Shown one piece after another: positions 22,782 to 32,489 of a stretch of 64,000 nucleotides of DNA. The translations under genes were made by a program, and so were the position numbers. Source of the stretch: Kofleriaceae bacterium (lineage in GTDB: Bacteria; Myxococcota_A; Polyangia; Haliangiales; Haliangiaceae); the NCBI GenBank assembly GCA_048500355.1, contig JASNYD010000006.1, positions 224,211 to 288,210 on the forward strand, given 5' to 3'. Each line of letters begins with the position of its first letter. The stretch's first letter is position 1. Under the pieces are notes generated by a model. That model saw only the letters and a program-made list of their open reading frames with translations, had not been told where the DNA came from and ran no database searches.

Positions 22782-23867
22782 TCAGGCCGCGGGGGCGGGG
22801 GCCGTGCCCGGCCGCGGCGCCGGCACCACGCCGTGGGCGATCATGCTCTCGGCCATGTCGATCACCATCTCGCGCAGCGACCGCGGCTGCCAGCCCAGGA
22901 CCTCGCGGGCTCGCGCGCTCGACAGATCCTGGCGCTTGCCGAGCTCCTGCACCGCCAGGCGCGCCGTGCGATCCCAGAGCGAGACCAGGCGCAGCACCCA
23001 GCCGGGCACCCGCCGCGTCGGCACCCGGAAGCCGCGGCTCCCGAGCTCGGCGTCGAGGATGCGGGCGATGTCCAGCATCGACGCGTGCTCGATGGCCACG
23101 ATGAAGCGCTGGCCGGCGGCGGCCGGGGTCGTCATCGCCGCCAGGTGGGCGGCGGCCACGTCGCGGACGTCGACCACCGCCCAGCCGATGTCGGGACAGC
23201 CCGGCAGCTCGCGGGCCAGGAGCTTGCGCACGACCTCGCCCGAGGTCGAGACGTCGGCGGCCAGGAGCGGCCCCAGCACCAGGCCGGGGTTGATCGTGCA
23301 CAGCTCGACGCGCTCGCCGGCGGGCAGGCCGGCCAGGTAGTCCCAGGCCGCGCGCTCGGCCAGGGTCTTGCTCTTCTCGTAGGCGCCGACCTCGGGGCCG
23401 AGCTGGGACCAGTCGCCCTCGTCGTAGACGCGGCTACCGTCGCGAGCGTGGCCGTAGACCACCGCGGCGACCGACGACGTCATGACCACGCGCGCCGCCC
23501 GGGCGGCGACCGCGGCGCGCAGCACGCGCAGGGCGCCGTCGCGGGCCGGCACGATCAGCTCGTCCTCGTGGCGCGGCGGCCGGGCCGGCAGCGGCGACGC
23601 GAGGTGGAGCACGAAGCGGCAGCCGCGCGCGGCGTCGGCCCAGCCGTCGTCGGCGGCGAGGTCGGCGGCGACCAGCTCGAGCCGATCCCCGACCTCGGCG
23701 TGGGCGGCCAGCACGGCGCGGGTGGCGTCGGCCCGGGCCAGCGAGCGGATCGTGCCCCGCACCCGGTAGCCGGCGGCGAGCAGGCGGACGATGGTGTGCT
23801 GGGCGATGAAGCCGGAGGCGCCGGTGACGAGGACGGTGGTGGTGGCGGGGTCGTGATCGAGGGACAT
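22782..23867 (-). CDS. NAD-dependent epimerase/dehydratase (extended SDR) family oxidoreductase
   Basis: VLVTGASGFIAQH Rossmann motif, YEKSK catalytic Tyr-Lys. Confidence 0.85.
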   Translation of the reverse strand: MSLDHDPATTTVLVTGASGFIAQHTIVRLLAAGYRVRGTIRSLARADATRAVLAAHAEVGDRLELVAADLAADDGWADAARGCRFVLHLASPLPARPPRHEDELIVPARDGALRVLRAAVAARAARVVMTSSVAAVVYGHARDGSRVYDEGDWSQLGPEVGAYEKSKTLAERAAWDYLAGLPAGERVELCTINPGLVLGPLLAADVSTSGEVVRKLLARELPGCPDIGWAVVDVRDVAAAHLAAMTTPAAAGQRFIVAIEHASMLDIARILDAELGSRGFRVPTRRVPGWVLRLVSLWDRTARLAVQELGKRQDLSSARAREVLGWQPRSLREMVIDMAESMIAHGVVPAPRPGTAPAPAA

Positions 23868-23900
23868 GGGGCTCCTGGGCCGGGCGGGCGGCCGGTTCGA

Positions 23901-23983
23901 GAGAACAGCGTTCTCTTATCTAAGAGACCGACGTTCTCTTGTCAAGCCAGGATCGACGACGTACTGTAAGAGAACGTACGTCG
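23901..23983 (+). promoter_or_regulatory. putative TetR operator: three AGAGAAC-containing palindromes in the SDR/TetR divergent intergenic region
   Basis: GAGAACAGCGTTCTC (perfect 6-3-6 palindrome, 23901-23915), AAGAGACCGACGTTCTCTT (imperfect palindrome), TAAGAGAACGTACG just upstream of the TetR ATG; AT-richer than surroundings. Confidence 0.5.
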
Positions 23984-23984
23984 C

Positions 23985-24698
23985 ATGCAGGCCCCCTCGT
24001 TCCAGCGCGCCCGCGAGCCCGAGCAGAAGGAGCAGCGCCGCCGGGCCCTGCTCGACGCCGCGGCCGCGCTGCTCGCCGACGGCGACCTGGAGGCGGTGAC
24101 GCTGTCGGCGATCGCGCGCGCGGTCGGGCTGGCCAAGTCGAACGTCTACCGCTACTTCGAGAGCCGCGAGGAGATCCTGCTCGAGCTGCTGGTCGACGAC
24201 GAGGTGGCGTGGGTGGGCGAGCTCGAGCAGGCGCTGGCCCCCCTGGCCGGCAGCGACGACGCCGACCAGGTGGCCGCGGTGGTCGCCGCCACGATCGCGC
24301 GCCGTCCGCTGACCTGCGAGCTGATCTCGGTGGTGGCGGCCGTCCTCGAGCGCAACCTGTCGGCGACCAGCGTGGCCGGCTTCAAGGCCCGCGTGCTCGA
24401 GGTCTCGCGCCGCATCCGCAACGCGCTCCACGCCGCGCTGCCGTCGCTGCCCCACGCCCACGCCGAGGCCCTGCTCCGCTACCTCCACGCCCTGGTGGCC
24501 GGGCTGTGGCCGATGGCGCACCCGGCGCCGCCGACGGCGAGCGTGCTCGCGCGGCCCGAGTTCCACGGGATGTGCTCGCAGTTCGACGTCGACCTGCGCG
24601 GCGCCCTGGCCGCGATGCTGCGCGGCCTGATGGCCCCCGCGGGTGCGACGACCCGCCGCGCGACGACCCGGCGGGCGCCGGCATCGCACCGGCGGTGA
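23985..24698 (+). CDS. TetR-family transcriptional regulator
   Basis: N-terminal TetR HTH (VTLSAIARAVGLAKSNVYRYFESREEIL). Confidence 0.85.
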   Translation: MQAPSFQRAREPEQKEQRRRALLDAAAALLADGDLEAVTLSAIARAVGLAKSNVYRYFESREEILLELLVDDEVAWVGELEQALAPLAGSDDADQVAAVVAATIARRPLTCELISVVAAVLERNLSATSVAGFKARVLEVSRRIRNALHAALPSLPHAHAEALLRYLHALVAGLWPMAHPAPPTASVLARPEFHGMCSQFDVDLRGALAAMLRGLMAPAGATTRRATTRRAPASHRR

Positions 24699-25996
24699 CC
24701 GACGACGACGACCGTCCACCCCTGGCGGCCCTGGCCCGCGGCTTCCGCAAGCGGACGCTGGTCACGACCCGCGTGATGGCGCGCCTGGGCCTGGCCATGG
24801 TCAAGAAGAACCTGAGCGCCGCCCAGCTCGACGCCGAGGTCGACGAGGACGACGCGGTCGCGGCCGCCCGCGAGCTGCTCGAGCAGCTCGACGGCCTCAA
24901 GGGCCTGACCATGAAGCTCGGCCAGATGCTCAGCTACACCGACAGCTCGCTGCCGCCCCGGGCGCGCCGGGTGCTGGGCCGGCTGCAGGCGGCGTCGCGG
25001 CCGGTCGACGGCGACGCCATCGCCGAGGTCATCCGGTCGGAGCTGGGCGGGGCGCCCGCCGACCTCTTCGCGCGCTTCGAGCCGCGGCCGTTCGCCGCGG
25101 CCTCGATCGGGCAGGTCCACCGCGCCGAGCTCGACGGCCGGGCGTGGGCGGTCAAGGTCCAGTACCCGGGGATCGAGGAGCTGCTGCGCGCCGACGTCGC
25201 GACCGTGGGCCGGCTGGCCCGCCTGGCCACGCTGCTCTCACCGCTCGACGGCCGGGGCCTGGTCGAGGAGCTGGCCGCGCGCGTGCTCGACGAGTGCGAC
25301 TACGTCCGCGAGGCGGACAATCAGGCGCGGTTCGGCGCGCTCCTCGCCGGCGACCCCGACCTGGTGGTGCCGGCGGTGCGCGCCGACCGCTCGACCCGGC
25401 GGGTGCTGACCACGGCGCTGTGCGACGGGCTCGACTTCGACGGCTTCGTCGCCGCCGCGCCCCAGGCCGCCCGCGACCGCGCCGGCGCGGCGATCTACCG
25501 CGCCTGTTTCGGCTCGCTGTTCGGCCACGGCGTCTACAACGCCGATCCGCACCCCGGCAACTACCGCTTCACCGCCGACGGCCGGGTCACGCTGCTCGAC
25601 TTCGGCTGCGTCAAGGAGTTCCCGCCGGACTTCATGGCCCGCTGGAAGCGGCTGGCCCGCGCCGTCCTCGCCGACGACCGCGCGGCGTTCCGGCAGGCCT
25701 GGCTCGACGCCGGCTTCGTCGGACGCGCCCGCGGCTTCGACTTCGATCACCAGCTCGCGGCCCTGCGCGTCCTCTACCGCCCGATGCTCGCCACCGAGCC
25801 CTTCCGCTTCACCCACGCCTACGTCGCCGAGGTCCACGATCGCCTCGCCTTCAGGAACGCGAACAAGCTGAAGCTGGCGATGCCGCCCGACTGGCTGTTC
25901 GTCAACCGCATGCAGTTCGGGCTGTTCTCCGTGCTCGCCCACCTCGGCGCCACGGTCCGCTACGATCGCATCTTCCGCGCCGCGCTGGACGCCTGA
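24695..25996 (+). CDS. ABC1/UbiB-family atypical protein kinase
   Basis: ABC1 domain motifs (AAASIGQVHRA, AVKVQYPGI, HADPHPGN, LDFG); GTG start overlaps the TetR stop (GTGA); alternative ATG at 24776. Confidence 0.8.
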   Translation: MTDDDDRPPLAALARGFRKRTLVTTRVMARLGLAMVKKNLSAAQLDAEVDEDDAVAAARELLEQLDGLKGLTMKLGQMLSYTDSSLPPRARRVLGRLQAASRPVDGDAIAEVIRSELGGAPADLFARFEPRPFAAASIGQVHRAELDGRAWAVKVQYPGIEELLRADVATVGRLARLATLLSPLDGRGLVEELAARVLDECDYVREADNQARFGALLAGDPDLVVPAVRADRSTRRVLTTALCDGLDFDGFVAAAPQAARDRAGAAIYRACFGSLFGHGVYNADPHPGNYRFTADGRVTLLDFGCVKEFPPDFMARWKRLARAVLADDRAAFRQAWLDAGFVGRARGFDFDHQLAALRVLYRPMLATEPFRFTHAYVAEVHDRLAFRNANKLKLAMPPDWLFVNRMQFGLFSVLAHLGATVRYDRIFRAALDA

Positions 25997-26022
25997 CCCG
26001 GCGCGGGCGATGCTGGGCGCGG

Positions 26023-27438
26023 ATGAGGGATCCGGCCCTGTACAACGAGGATCTGGCGCCGGTCCCGCCCGAGCGGCGGACCTGGCGCACCGGCAACATC
26101 GCCGCGCTGTGGGTGGGCATGGCGGTCTGCGTGCCGACCTACACCCTGGCCTCGGAGCGGGTCGCCGCCGGCATGAGCGCGTGGCAGGCGGTGTTCGTGA
26201 TCGCGCTGGCCAACCTGATCGTGCTGCTGCCGCTCATGGCCAACGGCCACCCCGGCACCAGGTACGGCATCCCGTTCCCGGTGGTGGTGCGGGCCTCGTT
26301 CGGCGTGCGCGGCGCCCAGCTCCCGGCCATCCTGCGCGCGCTGGTGGCGTGCGGCTGGTTCGGCATCCAGTGCTGGTTCGGCGGCCTCGGCCTGTGGGCC
26401 ACGGCGTCGGCGCTGGTGCCGTCGGTGTCGGTGCCCGACGTGACCGTGCTCGGCGCGCCGCTGGGGCCGCTCGTGTGGTTCTTCGTGTTCTGGCTGATCA
26501 CGCTCTACTTCATCTGGCGCGGCATGGAGTCGATCAAGTGGCTCGAGACCCTGGCCGCGCCCTTCCTGCTCCTGTGTGGCGTCGCCCTGCTCGGCTGGGC
26601 GATCGCGCGCGGCGGCGGCCTCGGCACGCTGATGGCCCAGCCCGCGACCCGCCCGCTCTCCGACACCTTCGCGGTCGCGCTGACCTCGGGCGTCTCGTTC
26701 TGGGCCACCCTCGCCCTCAACATCCCCGACTTCTCGCGCTACGCGCGCAGCCAGCGCGATCAGGTGCTCGGCCAGGCCCTCGCCATGCCGACGACGATGA
26801 CCCTGTTCGCGTTCATCGGCGTCGCCACCACCGCCGCCACCGTGCTGGTCTACGGCCAGGCCATCGCCTACCCCGATCAGCTCGTCACCCGCTTCGGCGA
26901 CCGGCTGGTGGTCGGCCTGTCGATGCTGGGCCTGGCGGTGGCGACGCTGTCGACCAACATCGCCGCCAACGTGGTGTCGCCGGCCAACGACTTCGCCAAC
27001 CTGGCGCCGGCGAAGATCAGCTACCGCGGCGGCGGCGTCATCACCGCGGTCATCGGCGTGCTCATCTGCCCGTGGCTGATCCTGCAGTCGGCCGGCAACT
27101 ACATCTTCATCTGGCTGGTCGGCTACGGCGTCCTCCTCGGCCCCATCGGCGCGATCATGATCGTCGACTACTTCGTCCTGCGCCGGCGCGAGCTCGACGT
27201 CGACGACCTCTACCGCCGCGGCGGCCGCTACGAGTACGCCAACGGCATCAACTGGCGCGCGATGATCGCCTTCGCCCTGGGCGTGGCGCCGTGCCTGCCC
27301 GGCTTCCTCGTCGCCGCGGCCGGCGCCGACCCGGCGAGCGTGCCGGCGCTCTTCAACCACCTCTACACCTGGGCCTGGTTCGTGTCGTCGGGGATCGCGG
27401 CGGCGGCCTACGCGGCGCTCATGCGCGGCCGGACGTGA
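26023..27438 (+). CDS. NCS1-family nucleobase:cation symporter (cytosine/purine/uracil/allantoin permease-like)
   Basis: 471 aa, 12 TM; conserved NCS1 regions (ERRTW..GNIAALWVGMAV, FGVRGAQLPAILRALVACGWFGIQ, NIPDFSRYA); same frame as the longer ORF-track fusion. Confidence 0.85.
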   Translation: MRDPALYNEDLAPVPPERRTWRTGNIAALWVGMAVCVPTYTLASERVAAGMSAWQAVFVIALANLIVLLPLMANGHPGTRYGIPFPVVVRASFGVRGAQLPAILRALVACGWFGIQCWFGGLGLWATASALVPSVSVPDVTVLGAPLGPLVWFFVFWLITLYFIWRGMESIKWLETLAAPFLLLCGVALLGWAIARGGGLGTLMAQPATRPLSDTFAVALTSGVSFWATLALNIPDFSRYARSQRDQVLGQALAMPTTMTLFAFIGVATTAATVLVYGQAIAYPDQLVTRFGDRLVVGLSMLGLAVATLSTNIAANVVSPANDFANLAPAKISYRGGGVITAVIGVLICPWLILQSAGNYIFIWLVGYGVLLGPIGAIMIVDYFVLRRRELDVDDLYRRGGRYEYANGINWRAMIAFALGVAPCLPGFLVAAAGADPASVPALFNHLYTWAWFVSSGIAAAAYAALMRGRT

Positions 27439-28226
27439 GCGCCCGGGCGCCGGCGGCCGGGACCGCGCTGGCCCTCGCCCTCGCGCTGGCCTCGGCGTGC
27501 GGCGCGCCGCCCCCCGAGCCCCTGCGCCGGCCCCGTCCCCGCGCCGAGCCGCCGCCCGACGCCGGCCCCGACGCCGCGCCGGCCGACGCCGCGCCCGACC
27601 TCCCCGCCGGGATCGTCGACGTGCGCGCGCTCGAGCCGAGCCTCGTGGTCGACCTGGTCTACGCCGGCCGCGACGGCTTCCTCGGCCGCCCGGCCGCCGG
27701 CTACCACGCCAGCGTCTGCTACCTGACCGAGGACGCCGCCCGCGCCCTGGCGCGCGCCCAGGCCCGGCTGCGCGCCGCCGGCCAGGCCCGCGGCCGCGCG
27801 CTGACGCTCCTGATCCTCGACTGCTACCGGCCGCCGCAGGCGGTCGCCGACTTCGTGCGCTGGGCCGGCGAGCCCGAGGACCCGGCCACCCGCGCCCGCT
27901 TCCACCCCACGCTGCCGCGGGCCGAGCTGGTCCGCGCCGGCTACATCGCGGCCGACAGCGGTCACACCCTCGCCACCGTCGTCGACCTGACGATCGCCGA
28001 GCAGCGCGACGGGCGGGCGGCGCCGCTGGATCTGGGCAGCCCGTTCGACTTCTTCGATCCCCGCTCCCACGCCGACGCCGCCGACCTCACCGCCGAGCAG
28101 CGGGCCGCGCGCCAGCTCCTGCGCGAGGTCATGGCCCCCGACTTCCGCCCCTACCGCAAGGAGTGGTGGCACTTCACGCTCGCCGACGAGCCGGCGCCGC
28201 GCCGCTACGACTTCGAGATCCGCTGA
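27435..28226 (+). CDS. D-alanyl-D-alanine dipeptidase (VanX/DdpX-like, peptidase M15D) lipoprotein
   Basis: Lipobox LALASACG; VanX-like SVCYLTEDAAR, LLILDCYRP, EWWHF motifs; GTG overlaps the permease stop (GTGA). Confidence 0.75.
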   Translation: MSARAPAAGTALALALALASACGAPPPEPLRRPRPRAEPPPDAGPDAAPADAAPDLPAGIVDVRALEPSLVVDLVYAGRDGFLGRPAAGYHASVCYLTEDAARALARAQARLRAAGQARGRALTLLILDCYRPPQAVADFVRWAGEPEDPATRARFHPTLPRAELVRAGYIAADSGHTLATVVDLTIAEQRDGRAAPLDLGSPFDFFDPRSHADAADLTAEQRAARQLLREVMAPDFRPYRKEWWHFTLADEPAPRRYDFEIR

Positions 28227-28260
28227 TCGCGGCCCGGCCGAGGAGCCCGGGCGCAGCGGT

Positions 28261-29727
28261 TCAGGGCGGGGCCGGCCCCAGGTCGAAGCGGTGGTTGGTG
28301 TTGGCGACGTCCCAGTCGGGGATGACGCGCTCCTCGAAGCTGATCGTGCCGCCGCTCGAGGTGTTGTGGAGGAACGTGAAGGGGCGGTCGGGCGCGGCGG
28401 CCTCGTTGACCACGACGTCCAGCTTGCCGTCGCCGTCGACGTCGCCGAGCTCGACCTCGAAGCCCTCGTAGCTGACGGCCGAGGTCCACGCCGCCGTGGT
28501 CTCGAAGCCGCCGCGGCTGAGGAAGACCCGGATCGGGGCGTCGTAGCCGGCGACCACCGCGTCGTCCCAGCCGTCGCCGTCGAGGTCGCCGCAGGCGAAG
28601 GCGCTGTAGCCCGGCCCGCTGCGCGCGGTCAGCCCGCCGGTGGTCGGGGCGTAGACGCCGTACGACGACGCGACGTGAGGGCGGCCGGGCTGGAGCTGGC
28701 AGCGGGTCGGGTTGTGCGGGAACTCGGCGCCGAGCACCGTGCCGCCATCGAGGGTGAAGTCGGTGGTGCTGGTGAGGCGGTGCAGCACCGTGCGCTCGTC
28801 GCCGAGCGCCGGCGTGGGGTTGAAGGCGACCAGGAGCTCGAGCGGCGGGACGCCGTCGACGTCGACCGTGACCACGCCGGCCACGGTCTCGCTGGTGAGC
28901 CGCGTCACCGCGAAGCTCGCGCCCTCGTTGCGGGCGATGAACAGGCCGGTGATGCCGGCGACGACCACGTCGAGGTCGCCGTCCCCGTCGACGTCCGCCC
29001 ACTCGATCCGATCGACCTGCCCGACCAGGTCGCCGGTGAGCGGCACCTCGTCGACGGTGAGCTGGCCCCCGGTGAGGCCGGTGGTGGTGCGGATGAGGAG
29101 CCCGCTGGCCGAGCCCTGCGGCTGGCGCGCCGCCGCCAGATCGGCGCGGGCGTCGCCGTTGGCGTGCCCCCAGCGCAGGTCGTAGACCCAGAACGGGTTG
29201 CCGAAGAGCTCGCGGGGCGAGAACGTCGTGCCGTCGAAGGCGCCGACCATGGCCCGGGCGTGGATGGCGGTGGCCAGGAGCTGCGAGCAGTGGCGCCCGC
29301 AGTGGACCTCGGCGGCGCGCACGCAGCCCTCGTCCCAGCCGGTCGTGCAGCAGCCCGGGCGCTGGGCGCACACGATCGCGGCGCACGGCTCGCTGGCGTC
29401 GGCGGCCGGCGCCGGCGCGCACAGCCGCGGATCCACGGCGACGGCGTCGGGGCTGGCGTCGGGCGCGAGGCCGTCGGGGGGCGCGTCACCGCTGGCGGCG
29501 TCGACCTCGTCGCCGACGCAGGTGCCGGCCAGCGCGCCGGCGCTGTCGCCGTAGCGGCGACCGCCGGGGCAGGTCGCGTCGGCGACGCTGCAGCGGCCGT
29601 CGGCCTCGCAGTAGCCGGTGCCGCCGGCCACCGCGCAGTCGGGATCGGTGCTGCACACGTAGGCGCCGGGGCGGCTCCCGCAGCCGAGGCCGGCCAGGAC
29701 GCTCAGGACCAGGAGGATCGCTCGCAC
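28261..29727 (-). CDS. FG-GAP/VCBS-repeat (integrin-alpha-like beta-propeller) lipoprotein with N-terminal Cys-rich module
   Basis: Lipobox LAGLGCGS; repeated DxDGDGxxD motifs (DVDGDGDLDVVVAG, GDLDGDGWDDAVVAG, GDVDGDGKLDVVVN). Confidence 0.8.
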   Translation of the reverse strand: MRAILLVLSVLAGLGCGSRPGAYVCSTDPDCAVAGGTGYCEADGRCSVADATCPGGRRYGDSAGALAGTCVGDEVDAASGDAPPDGLAPDASPDAVAVDPRLCAPAPAADASEPCAAIVCAQRPGCCTTGWDEGCVRAAEVHCGRHCSQLLATAIHARAMVGAFDGTTFSPRELFGNPFWVYDLRWGHANGDARADLAAARQPQGSASGLLIRTTTGLTGGQLTVDEVPLTGDLVGQVDRIEWADVDGDGDLDVVVAGITGLFIARNEGASFAVTRLTSETVAGVVTVDVDGVPPLELLVAFNPTPALGDERTVLHRLTSTTDFTLDGGTVLGAEFPHNPTRCQLQPGRPHVASSYGVYAPTTGGLTARSGPGYSAFACGDLDGDGWDDAVVAGYDAPIRVFLSRGGFETTAAWTSAVSYEGFEVELGDVDGDGKLDVVVNEAAAPDRPFTFLHNTSSGGTISFEERVIPDWDVANTNHRFDLGPAPP

Positions 29728-29861
29728 GCCGGCATCTTAGAACGGCGCCGGGGTCGACGTGGGCGCGCGACGCGCCCGGGCCGCGGTCAGGGCCGGCACG
29801 GTCCGGCAGACGCGCGAACTCCCTGGCGCCGGCCCGGCCACGCGCGACGGGCGCCTCGACG

Positions 29862-31823
29862 TCACGGCGGCGGATCGACCGCGCGCAGCTCGCGCGACGC
29901 CGAGGTCGCGGCGCCGGCGGCGGCGGTCACGTAGGCGCGCGACACGTCGTGCTCGTCGATGAGGCCGAGGATCCCGCCGTCCTCCCCCACCACCGGGACC
30001 GCGCGCAGGTCGCGCTCGAGCAGGAGGCGCGCGACCTCGCCGAGCGGCAGGGTGTGGGGCACCGACACCGGCGCCTGCATCACGTCGGCGGCGATCGCCC
30101 ACCGCGCGTCGTCGGCGGCGGCGATCTCGCGGGTGCCGGCCTCGGTGACCAGGCCGCGCAGGACGCCGTCGCCGTCGACCACCGGGAACACCGACTGCCC
30201 GGGCGCGTCGGCCAGCGCGCGCAGCACGACCTCGGCGCTGTCGTCGAGCGCGAGGGTGACCACCGGCCGGCCGTCGCCCAGGAGCTCGCCGGCGCGCAGG
30301 CGTTGCAGCCCGGTGCGGGCCCAGGTCGCCGCGTGGGCCGGCGACAGGCGCTGGCTCGCCACCTGCGAGCGGTAGAGGGCGAAGCGGCGCAGCGCCACGA
30401 AGGCGATGGCCTGGGCCAGCATCAGCGGCACCAGCAGGTCGTAGCTGCCGGTCATCTCGCACACCATGACCGTCGCCGCCAGCGGCACCTTGGCGATGCC
30501 GCCGTAGAACGTGGCCATGCCGACCAGGGCGAAGGCGCCGGGCGCCAGCCCCGGCACGTCGAACCAGGCGGTGGCGGCGTGGCCGATCGCGCCGCCGACC
30601 AGCGCGCCCAGGGCCAGCGACGGCGCGAAGTCGCCGGCCGAGCCGCCGCTGCCGATCGTGAGCGAGGTGGCGACCGCGCGCAGGGCCGCGGCCAGCAGCA
30701 GGATCAGCGCCGCGCCGGTGCCGGCGCCCAGGGCGTCGTCGCCGGTGATGGCGAGCTGCCCCGAGCCGTAGCCGCCGCCGAGCACGCTCAGGTGCGCGAG
30801 CGAGGCGTCGACCAGCCGCGGCGCCACCACCAGCACCAGCACCGCCAGCGCGCCCAGCGCCAGCGCGCCCAGCGCCGGCCGTGCCCACGCCGGGCCCGGC
30901 AGCCGCGCCGCCGCCGCCTCGACGCCGTGGAGCAGGCGCACGAACAGGAACGCGGCCATCGCCACCAGCACCGCGGTCGCGGCGTAGAACGGCAGGTGCT
31001 CCCACTGGAACGGATAGCGCGGCAGCGCGCCGAACATGGGCTCGGTCGACAGCAGCGTCGCCGACAGCGAGTACGCCACCACCGACGCCAGCACCGCCGG
31101 GATCAGCGCCTCCGACTCGAAGTCGTCGCGGTACAGCACCTCGATCGCGAGCAGCGCCGCCCCCAGCGGGGTGCGGAACACCGCCGACAGCCCGGCGGCG
31201 ACGCCGGCGATCATGAGCACCCGGCGCTCGCGCTCGGTGCCGGGCAAGAGCGAGCCGATCCAGGTGCCGATAGCGCCGCCGAGCTGCATCGTCGGGCCCT
31301 CGCGGCCGCCGGCGCCGCCGGCGGCGAGGGTGGCGATCGAGGCCAGCGGCTTGAGCAGGATGACCCGGCGGCGGATCGCCCCGCCGTGGTGGTGGAAAGC
31401 CGCGATCATCGCGTCGCCGCCGCCGCCGCGGATCTCGGGCGCGAAGCGCGACAGCAGGCCGGCCACCAGCGCGCCCAGGGCCGGGACCACGGCCACCAGG
31501 TACAGGCGCGGCGAGCCCTCGGTCACTGGCGGCACCTGCTCGCCGGCCGCGCGCAGGTGCGGGTACTCGATCGCGTGGTCGAGGATCAGGGCCTCGAGCT
31601 CGTCGAGCCCGACCAGGAACAGGCAGCCGGCGACGCCGACGGTGAGGCCGATGAGGATCGCCTGCAGGACCAGGCGGCCGACGAGCTGCAGCTCGAGCGG
31701 CGGCTCGTAGCCGACGACCGCGGCCAGGAGCGTCCGCACCGGCCGCAGCACGAACGCCGCCGCGTCATCGAACGACCAGCCCGACCCACGCGGCTCGCGC
31801 GGTGGCTCCGGCGTCTCCGCCAT
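29862..31823 (-). CDS. ClC-family voltage-gated chloride channel with C-terminal tandem CBS domains
   Basis: GREGP selectivity motif, GxFxP-like segments, multiple TM; two CBS domains at the C-terminus. Confidence 0.85.
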   Translation of the reverse strand: MAETPEPPREPRGSGWSFDDAAAFVLRPVRTLLAAVVGYEPPLELQLVGRLVLQAILIGLTVGVAGCLFLVGLDELEALILDHAIEYPHLRAAGEQVPPVTEGSPRLYLVAVVPALGALVAGLLSRFAPEIRGGGGDAMIAAFHHHGGAIRRRVILLKPLASIATLAAGGAGGREGPTMQLGGAIGTWIGSLLPGTERERRVLMIAGVAAGLSAVFRTPLGAALLAIEVLYRDDFESEALIPAVLASVVAYSLSATLLSTEPMFGALPRYPFQWEHLPFYAATAVLVAMAAFLFVRLLHGVEAAAARLPGPAWARPALGALALGALAVLVLVVAPRLVDASLAHLSVLGGGYGSGQLAITGDDALGAGTGAALILLLAAALRAVATSLTIGSGGSAGDFAPSLALGALVGGAIGHAATAWFDVPGLAPGAFALVGMATFYGGIAKVPLAATVMVCEMTGSYDLLVPLMLAQAIAFVALRRFALYRSQVASQRLSPAHAATWARTGLQRLRAGELLGDGRPVVTLALDDSAEVVLRALADAPGQSVFPVVDGDGVLRGLVTEAGTREIAAADDARWAIAADVMQAPVSVPHTLPLGEVARLLLERDLRAVPVVGEDGGILGLIDEHDVSRAYVTAAAGAATSASRELRAVDPPP

Positions 31824-31946
31824 CGCCCGACCCTATCACGCGCCGCGAAGCGGCTTCGCCCGCGGGTGCCACTCGCGCAACCCTTGCGCGTTCCGGACGG
31901 GCCACGACCTGCCCTCGCTGGCCCGCGCCTTGAAGGTCCTGGCGTC

Positions 31947-32420
31947 ATGTCGATCGCGCCGTTCCCCCACCACTACACCGTCCGCCTCGAAGATCGCCGG
32001 CTGGTGGCACCGCCGCGATCGCCCATCGCCGTCGGCTCGCCGCCCCAGTTCGGCGGCACCGACCGGGTGTGGAGCCCGGAGGACCTCCTGGTCGCCGCCG
32101 CCCTGGAGTGCCTGTGGACCACGTTCGAGGCCTACGCCCGCCACGACAAGCTCGAGGTCGAGTCGTGGGCCGGCACCGGCGAGGCCGTCCTCGACAAGGG
32201 CGCCGGCGGCCCGGTCTTCACCTCGATCACCCTCGCGGTCGAGCTGGCGGTGGCGCCGGCCGACGCCGAGCGCGCCCGCAAGCTCCTGGCCAAGGCCGAG
32301 AAGAACTGCATCATCTCGCGCGCGCTGAACGTCCCGGTCACGGTCACGGTCGAGACCCGCCCCGCCGGCGCCACGACGCCGGCGCTGGGCGTGCTGGGCG
32401 AGAACGACCTCTACGCCTGA
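31947..32420 (+). CDS. OsmC/Ohr-family peroxiredoxin-like protein
   Basis: 157 aa; OsmC fold signatures (SPEDLLVAALECLWTTF, AEKNCIISRAL); ATG with upstream GAAGG. Confidence 0.8.
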   Translation: MSIAPFPHHYTVRLEDRRLVAPPRSPIAVGSPPQFGGTDRVWSPEDLLVAAALECLWTTFEAYARHDKLEVESWAGTGEAVLDKGAGGPVFTSITLAVELAVAPADAERARKLLAKAEKNCIISRALNVPVTVTVETRPAGATTPALGVLGENDLYA

Positions 32421-32489
32421 TCCCTCCACGCCCACCGAGGTGAGGTGACCGGCGCTTCGACCCCTGCGACCCTGGCCGGGATGGCCCGG

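Noticed and set aside
23939-28226. Three long overlapping plus-strand ORFs (23939-25996, 24643-27438, 26010-28226)
   Set aside because: Each is a read-through fusion of a junk N-terminal frame with a genuine downstream gene (ABC1 kinase, NCS1 permease, VanX-like). I trimmed them to homology-supported starts.
29949-32420. 823-aa plus-strand ORF
   Set aside because: Antisense to the ClC channel with Arg/Gly/Gln junk composition. Only the terminal 157 codons (OsmC-family protein) are real.
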